Under the pieces are notes generated by a model that searched no databases, was not told the origin of the DNA, and worked only from the letters and a program-made list of their open reading frames with translations. This document shows positions 48,550 to 61,130 of a stretch of 64,000 nucleotides of DNA, piece after piece; positions within the stretch are counted from its first letter, which is position 1; every line of letters begins with the position of its first letter. This DNA is from Macrostomum hystrix. Lineage: Eukaryota > Animalia > Platyhelminthes. The stretch is taken from positions 7,254,001 through 7,318,000 of the forward strand of contig CATNEN010000001.1 in NCBI GenBank assembly GCA_950097015.1, written 5' to 3'. The position numbers and the translations under genes were made by a program.

Positions 48550-51315
48550 CTGGAGATTAGACAGTGGAGAGATTAGACAGTGGAGAGCTTAGACAGTGGA
48601 GAGATTAGACAGTGGAGAGATTAGACAGTGGAGAGATTAGACAGTGGAGAGAATAGACAATGGAGAGATTAGACAGTGGAGAGAAGAGACAGTGGAGAGA
48701 TTAGACAGTGAAGAGATTAGACAGTAGAGAGATTAGACAGTGGAGAGATGAGACAGTGGAGAGATTAGACAGTGGAGAGATTAGACAGTGGAGAGATTAG
48801 ACAGTGGAGAGAATAGACAATGGAGAGATTAAACAATGGAGAGATTAGACAGTGGAGAGATTAGACAGTGGAGAGATTAGACAGTGGAGAGAATAGACAA
48901 TGGAGAGATTAGACAGTGGAGAGAATAGACAATGGAGAGATTAGACAGTGGAGAGAAGAGACAGTGGAGAGATTAGACAGTGAAGAGATTAGACAGTGGA
49001 GAGATTAGACAGTGGAGAGATTAGACAGTGGAGAGATGAGACACGGGGGAGATGAGACACTGGAGACATGAGACACGGGAGAGATGAGACACGGGAGAGA
49101 TGAGACACGGGAGAGATGAGACACGGGAGAGATGAGACACGGGAGAGATGGGACACGGGAGAGATGAGACACGGGAGAGATGAGACAGTGGAGAGATGAG
49201 ACAGTGGAGAGATTAGACAGTGGAGAGATTAGACAGTGGAGAGATTAGACAGTGGAGAGAATAGACAATAGAGAGATTAGACAGTGGAGAGAAGAGACAG
49301 TGGAGAGATTAGACAGTGGAGAGATTAGACAGTAGAGAGATTAGACAGTGGAGAGATTAGACAGTGGAGAGATTAGACAGTGAAGAGATTAGACAGTAGA
49401 GAGATTAGACAGTGGAGAGATTAGACAGTGGAGAGAATAGACAATGGAGAGATTAGACAGTGGAGAGAATAGACAATGGAGAGATTAGACAGTGGAGAGA
49501 AGAGACAGTGGAGAGATTAGACAGTGAAGAGATTAGACAGTGGAGAGATGAGACAGTGGAGAGATTAGACAGTGGAGAGAATAGACAATGGAGAGATTAG
49601 ACAGTGGAGAGATTAGACAGTGAAGAGATTAGACAGTAGAGAGATTAGACAGTGGAGAGATTAGACAGTGAAGAGATTAGACAGTGGAGAGATGAGACAG
49701 TGGAGAGATGAGACAGTGGAGAGATTAGACAGTGGAGAGATGAGACAGTGGAGAGATTAGACAGTGAAGAGATTAGACAGTGGAGAGATGAGACAGTGGA
49801 GAGATTAGACAGTGGAGAGATTAGACAGTGGAGAGAATAGACAATGGAGAGATTAGACAGTGGAGAGAAGAGACAGTGGAGAGATTAGACAGTGAAGAGA
49901 TTAGACAGTGGAGAGATGAGACAGTGGAGAGATTAGACAGTGGAGAGAATAGACAATGGAGAGATTAGACAGTGGAGAGATTAGACAGTGAAGAGATTAG
50001 ACAGTAGAGAGATTAGACAGTGGAGAGATTAGACAGTGAAGAGATTAGACAGTGGAGAGATGAGACAGTGGAGAGATGAGACAGTGGAGAGATTAGACAG
50101 TGGAGAGATGAGACAGTGGAGAGATTAGACAGTGAAGAGATTAGACAGTGGAGAGATGAGACAGTGGAGAGATTAGACAGTGGAGAGATTAGACAGTGGA
50201 GAGATGAGACAGTGGACAGATTAGACAGTGGAGAGATTAGACAGTGGAGAGATTAGACAGTGGAGAGATTAGACAGTGGAGAGATTAGACAGTAGAGAGA
50301 TTAGACAGTGGAGAGATGAGACAGTGGAGAGATTAGACAGTGAAGAGATTAGACAGTAGAGAGATTAGACAGTGGAGAGATTAGACAGTGGAGAGATTAG
50401 ACAGTGGAGAGATTAGACAGTGGAGAGATTAGACAGTGGAGAGAATAGACAATGGAGAGATTAAACAATGGAGAGATTAGACAGTGGAGAGATTAGACAG
50501 TGGAGAGATTAGACAGTGGAGAGAATAGACAATGGAGAGATTAGACAGTGGAGAGATTAGACAGTGGAGAGAATAGACAATGGAGAGATTAGACAGTGGA
50601 GAGATTAGACAGTGAAGAGATTAGACAGTGGAGAGATTAGACAGTGGAGAGATGAGACACGGGGGAGATGAGACACTGGAGACATGAGACACGGGAGAGA
50701 TGAGACACGGGAGAGATGAGACACGGGAGAGATGAGACACGGGAGAGATGGGACACGGGAGAGATGAGACACGGGAGAGATGAGACAGTGGAGAGAATAG
50801 ACAATGGAGAGATTAGACAGTGGAGAGAATAGACAATGGAGAGATTAGACAGTGGAGAGAAGAGACAGTGGAGAGATTAGACAGTGGAGAGATTAGACAG
50901 TAGAGAGATTAGACAGTGGAGAGATTAGACAGTGGAGAGATTAGACAGTGAAGAGATTAGACAGTAGAGAGATTAGACAGTGGAGAGATTAGACAGTGGA
51001 GAGATTAGACAGTGGAGAGATTAGACAGTAGAGAGATTAGACAGTGGAGAGATTAGACAGTGGAGAGATTAGACACAGGAGAGATGAGACACGGGAGAGA
51101 TGAGACACGGGAGAGATGAGACACGGGAGAGATGAGACACGGGAGAGATGAGACACGGGAGAGATGAGACACGGGAGAGATGAGACACGGGAGAGATGAG
51201 ACACGGGAGAGATGAGACACGGGAGAGATGAGACACGGGAGAGATGAGACACGGGAGAGATGAGACACGGGAGAGATGAGACACGGGAGAGATGAGACAC
51301 GGGAGGGATAAGACA
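48550..51315. repeat. 16-bp satellite (GAGAGATTAGACAGTG / GAGAGATGAGACACGG)
   Basis: About 170 units with higher-order blocks. Confidence 0.97.
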
Positions 51316-52127
51316 AGAGTTTTGTGACCAGAAGGGCTTCGCTTATAGATCAATATTCGCGCATGTAGTTTTCCTTGAACGATGCATCGTCAGCCTCTTG
51401 GGCATATTTTTAGGGGCTGAATTTTTTCAGCTTTTTTGGAAAGACATTGGCGCCAGCTTAATTAGTCTCCTAGACAGCCATCCACTGATCCTCTTAGATT
51501 TTGTTCTCCTCTCAGCATAGTGAAAATGTGAATCCGAAACGAATGAACTCTTCTTTTTGTAGACAATATGATAGGCCAGAAATTTGAAGAAGTTGGGAAT
51601 TTCTTTGTGTGGATTGGGGCAGGGGATAACTTAGCTGCTTGGGGGAGGCAGTGTGGCCCTGTTAAATTTGTAGACTTTTCGGCGGCAAACTAACAATATA
51701 CACATTACTATATACACATTGGACCTCATAGAGGAAGAGATTTACTTTTGTGATTCCGGCACTCACACACGCCCAGATGACCGCTAAGACAGAGCCCCAG
51801 TGTTGTCTGTTTTTCTTATTTCTTGGTGTCTAGATTGGTATTTTAGCGCGCATGGAAACCGGACCGGTATATAGATGTTGAAAGCTACCCGCTGGCTTTC
51901 ACTGGCCCATTGAAAGATCTTGTGCTTAAAAAATGACTGAAAAAAACTAACTGCATTGCCTAAACAATCAGTACGTTAGCTGGGACACTGGGTTTTCATA
52001 GAGATCATTCTAACCAATGCTATTTGCACCTGTCCTTCCTCACAAACAGTGATGGTCTTTGTTTCAGTTTTACTCGAGCTAGTGACACAATTTACGCACT
52101 ACCTGGTCCTGTAAGTCGTTGAAACTC

Positions 52128-52300
52128 CCATTCACCAGCTCATTCAGTCATTCACCAGCTCATTCAGTCATTCACCAGGTCATTCAGTCATTCACCAGGT
52201 CATTCAGTCCATAACCAGGTCATTCAGTCCTTAACCAGGTCATTTTGTCATCAAGCAGGTCATTCAGTCCTTAACTAGGTCATTCCGTCCTTCATTAGGT
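52128..52300. repeat. 20-bp minisatellite (CATTCAGTCATTCACCAGGT)
   Basis: Degenerate tandem units. Confidence 0.8.
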
Positions 52301-52909
52301 CCTTTTTTAGTAAGATAGAGTTATTTTGCCCCATACTAAAGTAATCAAAACCGTTGTTATTGCCACATCTTATTCCGTAAGTAATTTTTAATTTTAAGTC
52401 ATAAAGTTTTGTTTAAAGATGGAAATTGACGAAAATCTTAATTTACTACTATCATTACAGTAGTGGCCAAAGGAAGTTTTATGTTTAAAAAAGTTTTGTT
52501 TGAAATTGTACTAATAAAAATATGTAAACTTTTTTTCACATTTGTTTGAAAAGTGATAAAATATTTTCAGCTGTAACATATCTTTTTAAAGGTGTCTTTA
52601 TCTAAGCTGCAACACTAGAAAACAAAAATGTCGACATATGAAAATTGTTAAAATTATAACAACTTATTTTTTATCGAGACAAAATCGCAAAATATGCAGA
52701 TGCTACTATTATAATCAGTTAAGTTTAAATTATCTATAAAATTAATGGCAAAAATATAAATACAGAAAAAGTATTAAACAATTCGAACTTTTTAACGATA
52801 AAATCTTAACCGTCTAAAAAGGATCCATATTTTAAAAGTCACACTTTCAGTACAACCAAAAAACAAAGAAAAGTAAAATGTCAACTTCTAGCCGTTGTTT
52901 TCGTTTGAA

Positions 52910-55900
52910 TCACAGACGAATCATGTCTGTCACCGCTTTCTGTGAGCGCAGCTCGGCACTGATCTGGGTCAGTCCGATCAGGTGAAGGATGCGGATTAAC
53001 TCACCCGATGTTGCCAGGTGAGCCTTCTCTTGTTGCCAAGCAATGAAACCCTGCGGTGTGGTGTGAATTTGATTCAAATAATTTTTTAAATATCCTATTG
53101 TAAGATTAAAAATCCTGTCTTGAGATAGCATTCATTAGTGTTTAATTATGTTGTGAATTTCTTACTTTTTGTTTAACTGTGACAAATGAACGATAGTCAC
53201 TTAGATTAAATGAACGACCTTATCTATCTGATTAATGTTAATCATTAATAGTTACAACTTGTACATTTTTAAGCACTTATAATAAAAGAATAAATAGTTT
53301 TTTTGTCAAGCCTTGAAATTCTAAAATGAAAAATGAACACGGCTGTTATTCAGTTAATACTAAAAATCATAATTAAAACTCGAAAAAAATGTTTACTTAA
53401 GCAAAAAGGAAGTTTTGAAGTGAGAAATTTCTAAAGAAAATCAACTTCTTAAAATCAAATCTAAAGGAAAGTTTTTATGATTTAAGGTAACGGCTTTGTA
53501 TGAAAAATGCTAAATTACGAGTATATCCAGTAAAATAAAGATATATGTTTTATGATATCAGGAGTCTATGAAAAAAAGGTTATCAAAGTAAGTGAAAATT
53601 ATTTTTTATGAAAATATTTTTCTAATGGAATTCGTTTAATGAAAGCACAATTTACCGATCTAAAATAGTGCTTGCACAAAAATTGTTTTTTATGAAACGT
53701 TAGCAAGAATGAGACTTTGTGAACAAAGATTTATAAAAAACAAAGTATATTTTTTCAACCGAAGCTCAATACGATTTCTCACCTGTGGAATTCGCTCCTT
53801 CGATTTCTCCTTGCCCTTGAATTCATTCTCGATAGCTTCAAGCCGCTCCTCTGACACGCCCAGTTTGCGAAACAGGTGTCGAAAATCCGACTTGTCGATT
53901 CGAAGCTGGATGGACTCTACCATTCGGTTCACGAGTGCCTCTGTGCGAATGTAATAAGAGCAAATAGGAAATGCTCTATCGACCTTCTGTTTATGACATG
54001 TCATCGACTGTGACAACTCTTTCCTACTCAGTGATGCCACTCAATGATCTTCCAATCCCACTTTATTATATATCATTCGATCCCACTCTATGATCACTCG
54101 ATCCCACTCTATGATCACTCGATCCCCACTCAATGATCACTCAATCCCACTCTATGATCACCCAATGCCACTCTATGATCACTACTCAATCCCACTCTAT
54201 GATCACTACTCAATCCCACTCTATGATCACTCGATCCCACTCTATGATCACTCGATCCCACTCTATGATCACTCGATCCCCACTCTATGATCACTCGATC
54301 CCCACTCTATGATCACTCGATCCCCACTCTATGATCACTCGATCCCCACTCTATGATCACTCAATCCCACTCTATGATCACCCAATGCCACTCTATGATC
54401 ACTACTCAATCCCACTCTATGATCACTACTCAATCCCACTCTATGATCACTACTCAATCCCACTCTATGATCACTACTCAATCCCACTCTATGATCACTA
54501 CTCAATCCCACTCTATGATCACTACTCAATCCCACTCTATGATCACTCGATCCCACTCTATGATCACTCGATCCCCACTCTATGATCACTCAATCCCACT
54601 CTATGATCACCCAATGCCACTCTATGATCACTACTCAATCCCACTCTATGATCACTACTCAATCCCACTCTATGATCACTCGATCCCACTCTATGATCAC
54701 TCGATCCCCACTCAATGATCACTCAATCCCACTCTATGATCACCCAATGCCACTCTATGATCACTACTCAATCCCACTCTATGATCACTACTCAATCCCA
54801 CTCTATGATCACTCGATCCCACTCTATGATCACTCGATCCCACTCTATGATCACTCAATCCCCACTCTATGATCACTCAATCCCACTCTATGATCACTCA
54901 ATCCCACTCTATGATCACCCAATGCCACTCTATGATCACTACTCAATCCCACTCTATGATCACTCGATCCCCACTCAATGATCACTCAATCCCACTCTAT
55001 GATCACCCAATGCCCCTCTATGATCACCCAATGCCACTCTATGATCACTCGATCCCACTCTATGATCACTCGATCCCACTCTATGACCACTCGATCCCCA
55101 CTCTATGATCACTCAATCCCTCTATGATCTCCAATCCCACTATTCCATTGTTATCATTGTCTAACAAAATCTGCCGGCAGCCACTCACGCTCTCTTTCGT
55201 CGTATTTGTGCACAAAAGCGCCAATTGGCTTAACCTCGCCGCCGAACACAATGTCAGCAGGCGGCACTTTGCTAGGATTGCCTTCGGCTTTGAATTCGAT
55301 GTCAGCCTGACTGCCGAGGTCTTCAATGCTGCGCGGTAGATAAGCAATCAGATTGTTCTCCAGCTTCAATGTCTGGAGGCATTTTAGCTGGCGTACAGAA
55401 TCGGGCACCACCTTCAGGCGGTTGTTCTGCAGCAACAGATGGCGCAGATGCACCAGACGACCCAGACTGTCCGGCAGGCTGGTGAGCTCATTGTCAGACA
55501 AATCCAGATAATTCAACAGGTCCAGGGCGCCGATATCCTCCACAATTTCAGTCAGCTTCCTGCCGGAGCTCTGATGCAGCCGGAGCTGCCGGAGCGCCGG
55601 CACTGAGCACACCTCCGTGGGAAAGTCGGCCAGTTGATTGTTGGACAAGTTCAGACTCTGAAGTCGGCTGAGCTGTCTCACATCTTCGGGCACTTCAACG
55701 ATGCGATTGTCAGCCAGGTCGAGCTGTTCGAGATTCTTCATCTGGCAGACAATGCTGGGAAAAGCTTCCATGGCGTTGCCGGCTAGTTGAAGAACTCGCA
55801 GCTGGCCGAGCTTCTTAAAGTCGTGCGGCAGATCGGCGAGCTTGTTGCCGGCCAAGTTCAGCACCTCCAAGGCCTCCAACTCGCAAAGGGCCTGCGGAAA

Positions 55901-57094
55901 TTCTTCGAAATCGTTCCGCTCCAAAGTCAACTGCTTCAGGCACTTCAATCGGCCCAGCTCGTCGGAGACGTCGGTCAGGCGGTTGTCTCCTAGAAGCAGA
56001 ATCTCCAGAGCTGGCAGGGTGGCAATGATTTCCGGGAATATTTCTAAACCATTGGAGCTCAGATCAAGAATGGAGAGAATCTTCAAATTGGAGAACTCCA
56101 GCGGCAGAAAAAGGACACCATTGTTGGCTAGGTTGAGCACTCTTAGATTTGGGCAGAAGCACAAGTTCTCATCGAACTCAGTTAGATTTGCATTGGCCAG
56201 ATTCAGCTCCAGCATGCAGCCAAGTCGAGCCAGGCTAGTCGGCACAGTCTGCAGCGGATTGCCCCGCACGTTCAGGTTTCTGAGCTGGCCCAGGTAACCC
56301 ATTTCGTTCGGCAGCTCGTCGATGCTGTTAAACGCCAAGTTGAGAATAGCCAGGTTGCTTAATTTGGCGATTTCTTCTGGCACCTCGCAGATCTCATTGT
56401 TGGAGAGGCCGAGCTCGACGAGGCTGTCGAGTTCGAAGACCTGGCAGGGGATGAACTCGAATTTGTTGCTGTCCAATAGTAGGATCTGCAGGTGTTCCAA
56501 GCCATCCAGCTGCCTGGGTAGCGACGTCAACGAGTTGTCATTCAGTCGCAGTGCCTGTAGAGCAACTAAATTGCAGATGCTACCACTGAGCTCGCTTATG
56601 CAGTTGGACTCCAGCACTAGCGACTTCAGTGTCCAATTTTTGCCATGAATATCTGGGAGACATTTGATTCTGTTAGATCCTAAAGACAAGACCTCGAGTC
56701 TTCGAAATGAAAAGCAGAACTCTGGAATCGATGTGATAGCGTTCGAACAGAGGTTGAGAAACTTTAAACTCTTGCACGACTCCAGCGAGCTCGGAACTTC
56801 TTTTAGTTTGTTAAAGGAAAGATCCAGGCAAACCAGCTGATACAAGTTGATGGTCGATTTCGGAAAGTATTCAATCTTGTTATTATTCGCTAGGAAATAT
56901 TTTAGCCCCTTCGCCGCCTCCAAAAATTCTGAAATCGACTGTAGCTCATTATCGCTCACACAAAGAAAAGCAAGCTTCTTAATTTCAAACGCTTTCACAG
57001 GAATTTTCTTCAAGCCTTTGCGGCTTAGATTGAGGCACAGAAGGCCATTTTCAGTGTAGCATTCGTCAGATAGTTTTTTCTTGGCTTCTGTCAT
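52910..57094 (-). CDS. LRRD1: Leucine-rich repeat and death domain protein (LRRD1-like); exons 57094-55189, 53940-53783, 53050-52910
   Basis: About 25 LxxLxLxxNxL repeats; spliced C-terminus DFRHLFRKLGVSEERLEAIENEF..ERIPQ|GFIAWQQEKAHLATSGELIRILHLIGLTQISAEL is death-domain-like; donors GTGAGT/GTGAGA and acceptors in matching phase. Symbol assigned from architecture. Confidence 0.85.
54045..55142. repeat. 21-24-bp minisatellite (CTATGATCACTCAATCCCACT), LRRD1 intron 1
   Basis: About 50 units. Confidence 0.95.
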
Positions 57095-58156
57095 GTCTTT
57101 AATAGCCGAATAATTAGGTTAATAAAATGAAGTCTTGGGTCACGATGATTAGAAAATGAATAAAAAAACGCGAGTCAAATTTACAATATAGATACATAGA
57201 TAGAGAAAGTAACAATATATAACAACAGTTTCAAGTGCAATAAAATATTTTATTGTATAAAATATTACTTGACTTTAAATCTATTGAAAATACTAAATAT
57301 AAAAACTATTACTTTGTTTAAATGTTTCAAAATTAAACTTAAAATTAAAATTAACGCGGCATGACAAACCGGCTGAAAAAACGTATAATTTGCAGTAAAT
57401 CGCTTAAATCGTTTACATCGCTCTCATTACGCATATTGAAATAGTCAATTCGTGTCCCTAACCGTCATACCAGTCATACACTAATACCAGTATATTTATA
57501 AAACTAAACCAATGGTCAACATGAGTATATTTAAGTCCGGGCTTGCTCTAAGATGTATAGTATACTACAAAACGCTAAGTTAACATGAATAAGCATAATA
57601 TAGCTAAATAGAAAAGAAATAAGTGGCTGAACAAAAAGCATTCATATTAATTAAAATTAAAACGAAGTATAAATTAAAAGATGGAAAATATTCCTCATTT
57701 AATTGTGTAACCCTTTAAACGTACTAATTTATATTTCAATGCTTGCCTTGTTTATATAGTACGGGTGAATTAGCATAATAGAAAGGTACTCAAATATCCT
57801 GCAAAAGCCTGTTAATCGGGTTTATTTTGAGTTGTTCAGGAGTCCCAAACTAAATATATATTTCTACTCTTGGTTTTCTTTCAGTTTTTTGGCAACTGCA
57901 CAAACGCTATGTATATATTTGTATGAATATGTATTTATGGAAACAATATGATTACGTATATTTAAAAAAAAGTTATTTTTTACTTTCCTTTTAGTAGCTT
58001 ATACAAAAAATTAACAATTTTTGAAGACGTACTAGTTAATAAGTGGGCAGCATTAAACTTCGGTAGTTATTTATTTAATTTAGAATATTTTTCTGTAATA
58101 TAGACTAATTACACTTCCTAAATTCAAACATGCTTTATTCTCTGCTTTGTCTGCTT

Positions 58157-58272
58157 GAAGAGAGATGAGACACGGGAGAGATGAGACACGGGAGAGAGAT
58201 GAGACACGGGAGAAATGAGACACGGGAGAAATAAGACACGGGAGAGATGAGACAGTATGAGATGAGATGAGA
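58157..58272. repeat. Short array of the 16-bp GAGAGATGAGACACGG satellite
   Basis: Same unit as 51060-51310. Confidence 0.85.
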
Positions 58273-58347
58273 GAGTACGGACCATATGACCTTCCTTTCT
58301 AGCATCAGCGTGGGACTGTTCCTGCTGCCAAACGGTTAGCACCCGCA

Positions 58348-59350
58348 TGGGATGAGTGGGTGAGAAGTAGACAGGATGAGTGGGTGAGAAGTAGACTGGG
58401 TGAGTGGGTGAGAAGTAGACTGGGTGAGTGGGTGAGAAGTAGACTGGGTGAGTGGGTGAGAAGTAGACTGGGTGAGTGGGTGAGAAGTAGACGGGATGAG
58501 TGGGTGAGAAGTAGACTGGATGACTGGGTGAGAAGTAGACTGGGTGACTGGGTGAGAAGTAGACTGGGTGAGTGGGTGAGAAGTAGACTGGGTGAGTGGG
58601 TGAGAAGTAGACTGGGTGAGTGGGTGAGAAGTAGACTGGGTGAGTGGGTGAGAAGTAGACTGGATGACTGGGTGAGAAGTAGACTGGATGACTGGGTGAG
58701 AGGTAGACTGGGTGAGTGGGTGAGAAGTAGACTGGATGACTGGGTGAGAAGTAGACTGGATGACTGGATGAGAAGTAGACTGGATGAGTGGGTGAGAAGT
58801 AGACTGGATGAGTGGGTGAGAAGTAGACTGGATGACTGGGTGAGAAGTAGACTGGGTGACTGGGTGAGAAGTAGACTGGGTGACTGGGTGAGAAGTAGAC
58901 TGGGTGAGTGGGTGAGAAGTAGACTGGGTGAGTGGGTGAGAAGTAGACTGGATGACTGGGTGAGAAGTAGACTGGATGAGTGGGTGAGAAGTAGACTGGA
59001 TGAGTGGGTAAGAAGTAGACTGGGTGAGTGGGTGAGAAGTAGACTGGGTGAGTGGGTGAGAAGTAGACTGGATGAGTGGGTGAGAAGTAGACTAGGTGAG
59101 TGGGTGAGAAGTAGACTAGGTGAGTGGGTGAGAAGTAGACTGGGTGAGTGGGTGAGAAGTAGACTGGGTGAGTGGGTGAGAAGTAGACTGGATGAGTGGG
59201 TGAGAAGTAGACTAGGTGAGTGGGTGAGAAGTAGACTAGGTGAGTGGGTGAGAAGTAGACTGGGTGAGTGGGTGAGAAGTAGACTGGGTGAGTGGGTGAG
59301 AAGTAGACTGGGTGAGTGGGTGAGAAGTAGACTGGATGAGTGGGTGAGTC
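58348..59350. repeat. 24-bp minisatellite (TGGGTGAGAAGTAGACTGGGTGAG)
   Basis: About 42 units. Confidence 0.95.
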
Positions 59351-59629
59351 CATGTGTCCCATCCACATTAATCTGAGTAAGCCATCTGTTACTTGCGTAT
59401 GATAAAAATGTTTTCTACAATTAAAATTTTGGATGCGATGAGATAATTTATTATCCGCGATCGGAAAATTTTGCAAATCAATCTATCAATTTGTCAATCA
59501 ATAAAAAACAATGTATCAGTTAGAAAACAATCAATCAATCAATCATTCAATCCTTCAAGCAATCAATCGATGAAAAATATATCAATCATTCGGTCAATCG
59601 ATTTATCAATCAATCAATTAATCGATTGA

Positions 59630-60255
59630 CCTAATCTCATCTATGGCCGAATCTCATCCATGACTAAATCTCATACATGACCAAATCTCATCCATGACTA
59701 AATCTCATCCATGACCAAATCTTATCCATGACCAAATCTCATTCATGACCAAATCTCATCCATGACCAAATTTCATCCATGACTAAATCTCATCCATGAA
59801 CAAATCTCATCCATGACTAAATCTCATCCATGACTAAATCTCATCCATGACTAAAACTCATTCATGACCAAATCTCATCCATGAACAAATCTCATCCATG
59901 ACTAAATCTCATCCATGACCAAATCTCATCCATGACCAAATCTCATCCATGACCAAATCTCATCCATGACTAAATCTCATCCATGAACAAATCTCATCCA
60001 TGACTAAATCTCATCCATGACTAAATCTCATCCATGACTAAAACTCATTCATAACCAAATCTCATCCATGAACAAATCTCATTCATGACCAAATCTCATT
60101 CATGACTAAAACTCATTCATAACCAAATCTCATCCATGAACAAATCTCATTCATGACCAAATCTCATTCATGACCAAATCTCATTCATGACCAAATCTCA
60201 TTCATGATCAAATCTCATCCATCACTAAATCGCATCCATGACCAAATCTCATCTT
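59630..60255. repeat. 17-bp minisatellite (CATGACCAAATCTCATC), preceded by a degenerate (ATCA)n
   Basis: Tandem units ending just before the STAS acceptor. Confidence 0.95.
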
Positions 60256-60554
60256 GCTAAATCAAATTTCTTATTCAGGCCGAATAGATTCCTGGACTCA
60301 AGATTTTCAAATTCGAAGGCTCGCTGTATTTTGCCAGCGCTGAGAACTATCGCAATCGGCTCTATCGTCACGTGGCCCTGAATCCCAAGCGAGTATTAGC
60401 CAAAGCCAAGGCCAGAGCTAGCAGAAAGGGTCGCAGTCACGGCGAGATCGATCTGCGCACCGACATTTTCCAAGCTGAAGGCGTTCGACAAGTTCTGGAG
60501 ACTGTCACGGAGGAGGGCGGACATCCGGTACAGATTGTGTGGCGACAGCTGGTA

Positions 60555-61130
60555 GCAGTGAGGTGTCAGACAAAGCAGTGAGGTGTCAGGAAGGCCAGTG
60601 AGGTGTCAGGAAGGCCAGTGAGGTGTCAGGAAGGCCTCACCTGAACTCATCAAGTCTCACCTGATCTCATCTAGTCTCACCTGACCTCCCCACCCCAACA
60701 AAACCCACCACCCCAAAAAAACCCACCACTCCAACAAAACCCACCACCCCAACAAAACCCACCACTCCAACAAAAACCCACCACCCAACAAAACCCACCA
60801 CTCCAACAAAAACCCACCACCCAACAAAACCCACCACCCCAACAAAAACTCACAACCTAAAAACCAAATTCACCGAAAACACACCACCTCAATAAACCCA
60901 CAACCCAGAAATCCAACACCCTAAAGCCACCCGGATATCCACCACCGAAGAAACCCACCCAGATACCCACCACCCCAGAAACCCACCCAGATACCCACCA
61001 CCCCAGAAACCCACCCGGATATCCACCACCCTAGAAACCCACCCGGATATCCAACACCCTAGAAACCCACCCGGATATCCAACACCCTAGAAACCCACCC
61101 GGATATCCACCACCCCAGAAACCCACTCAG
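60555..61130. repeat. Composite repeats: GTGAGGTGTCAGGAAGGCCA x4, then C/A-rich CCACCACCCCAACAAAA and CCCAGAAACCCACCCGGATATCCA units
   Basis: Tandem units. Confidence 0.85.

Noticed and set aside
51320-52120. Coding-like composition with interrupted frames, also 48000-48330 and 61685-62194
   Set aside because: Multiple stops and no motif I can assign; a tBLASTx against Repbase would be needed
55081-57059. Antisense ORFs within the LRR exon
   Set aside because: Shadows of the LRR coding strand
60285-60287. TAG in the STAS exon as recoding or a variant genetic code
   Set aside because: Intact genes in the window have no internal stops and CRAL-TRIO 1 ends in TAG; pseudogenisation or acceptor use is simpler
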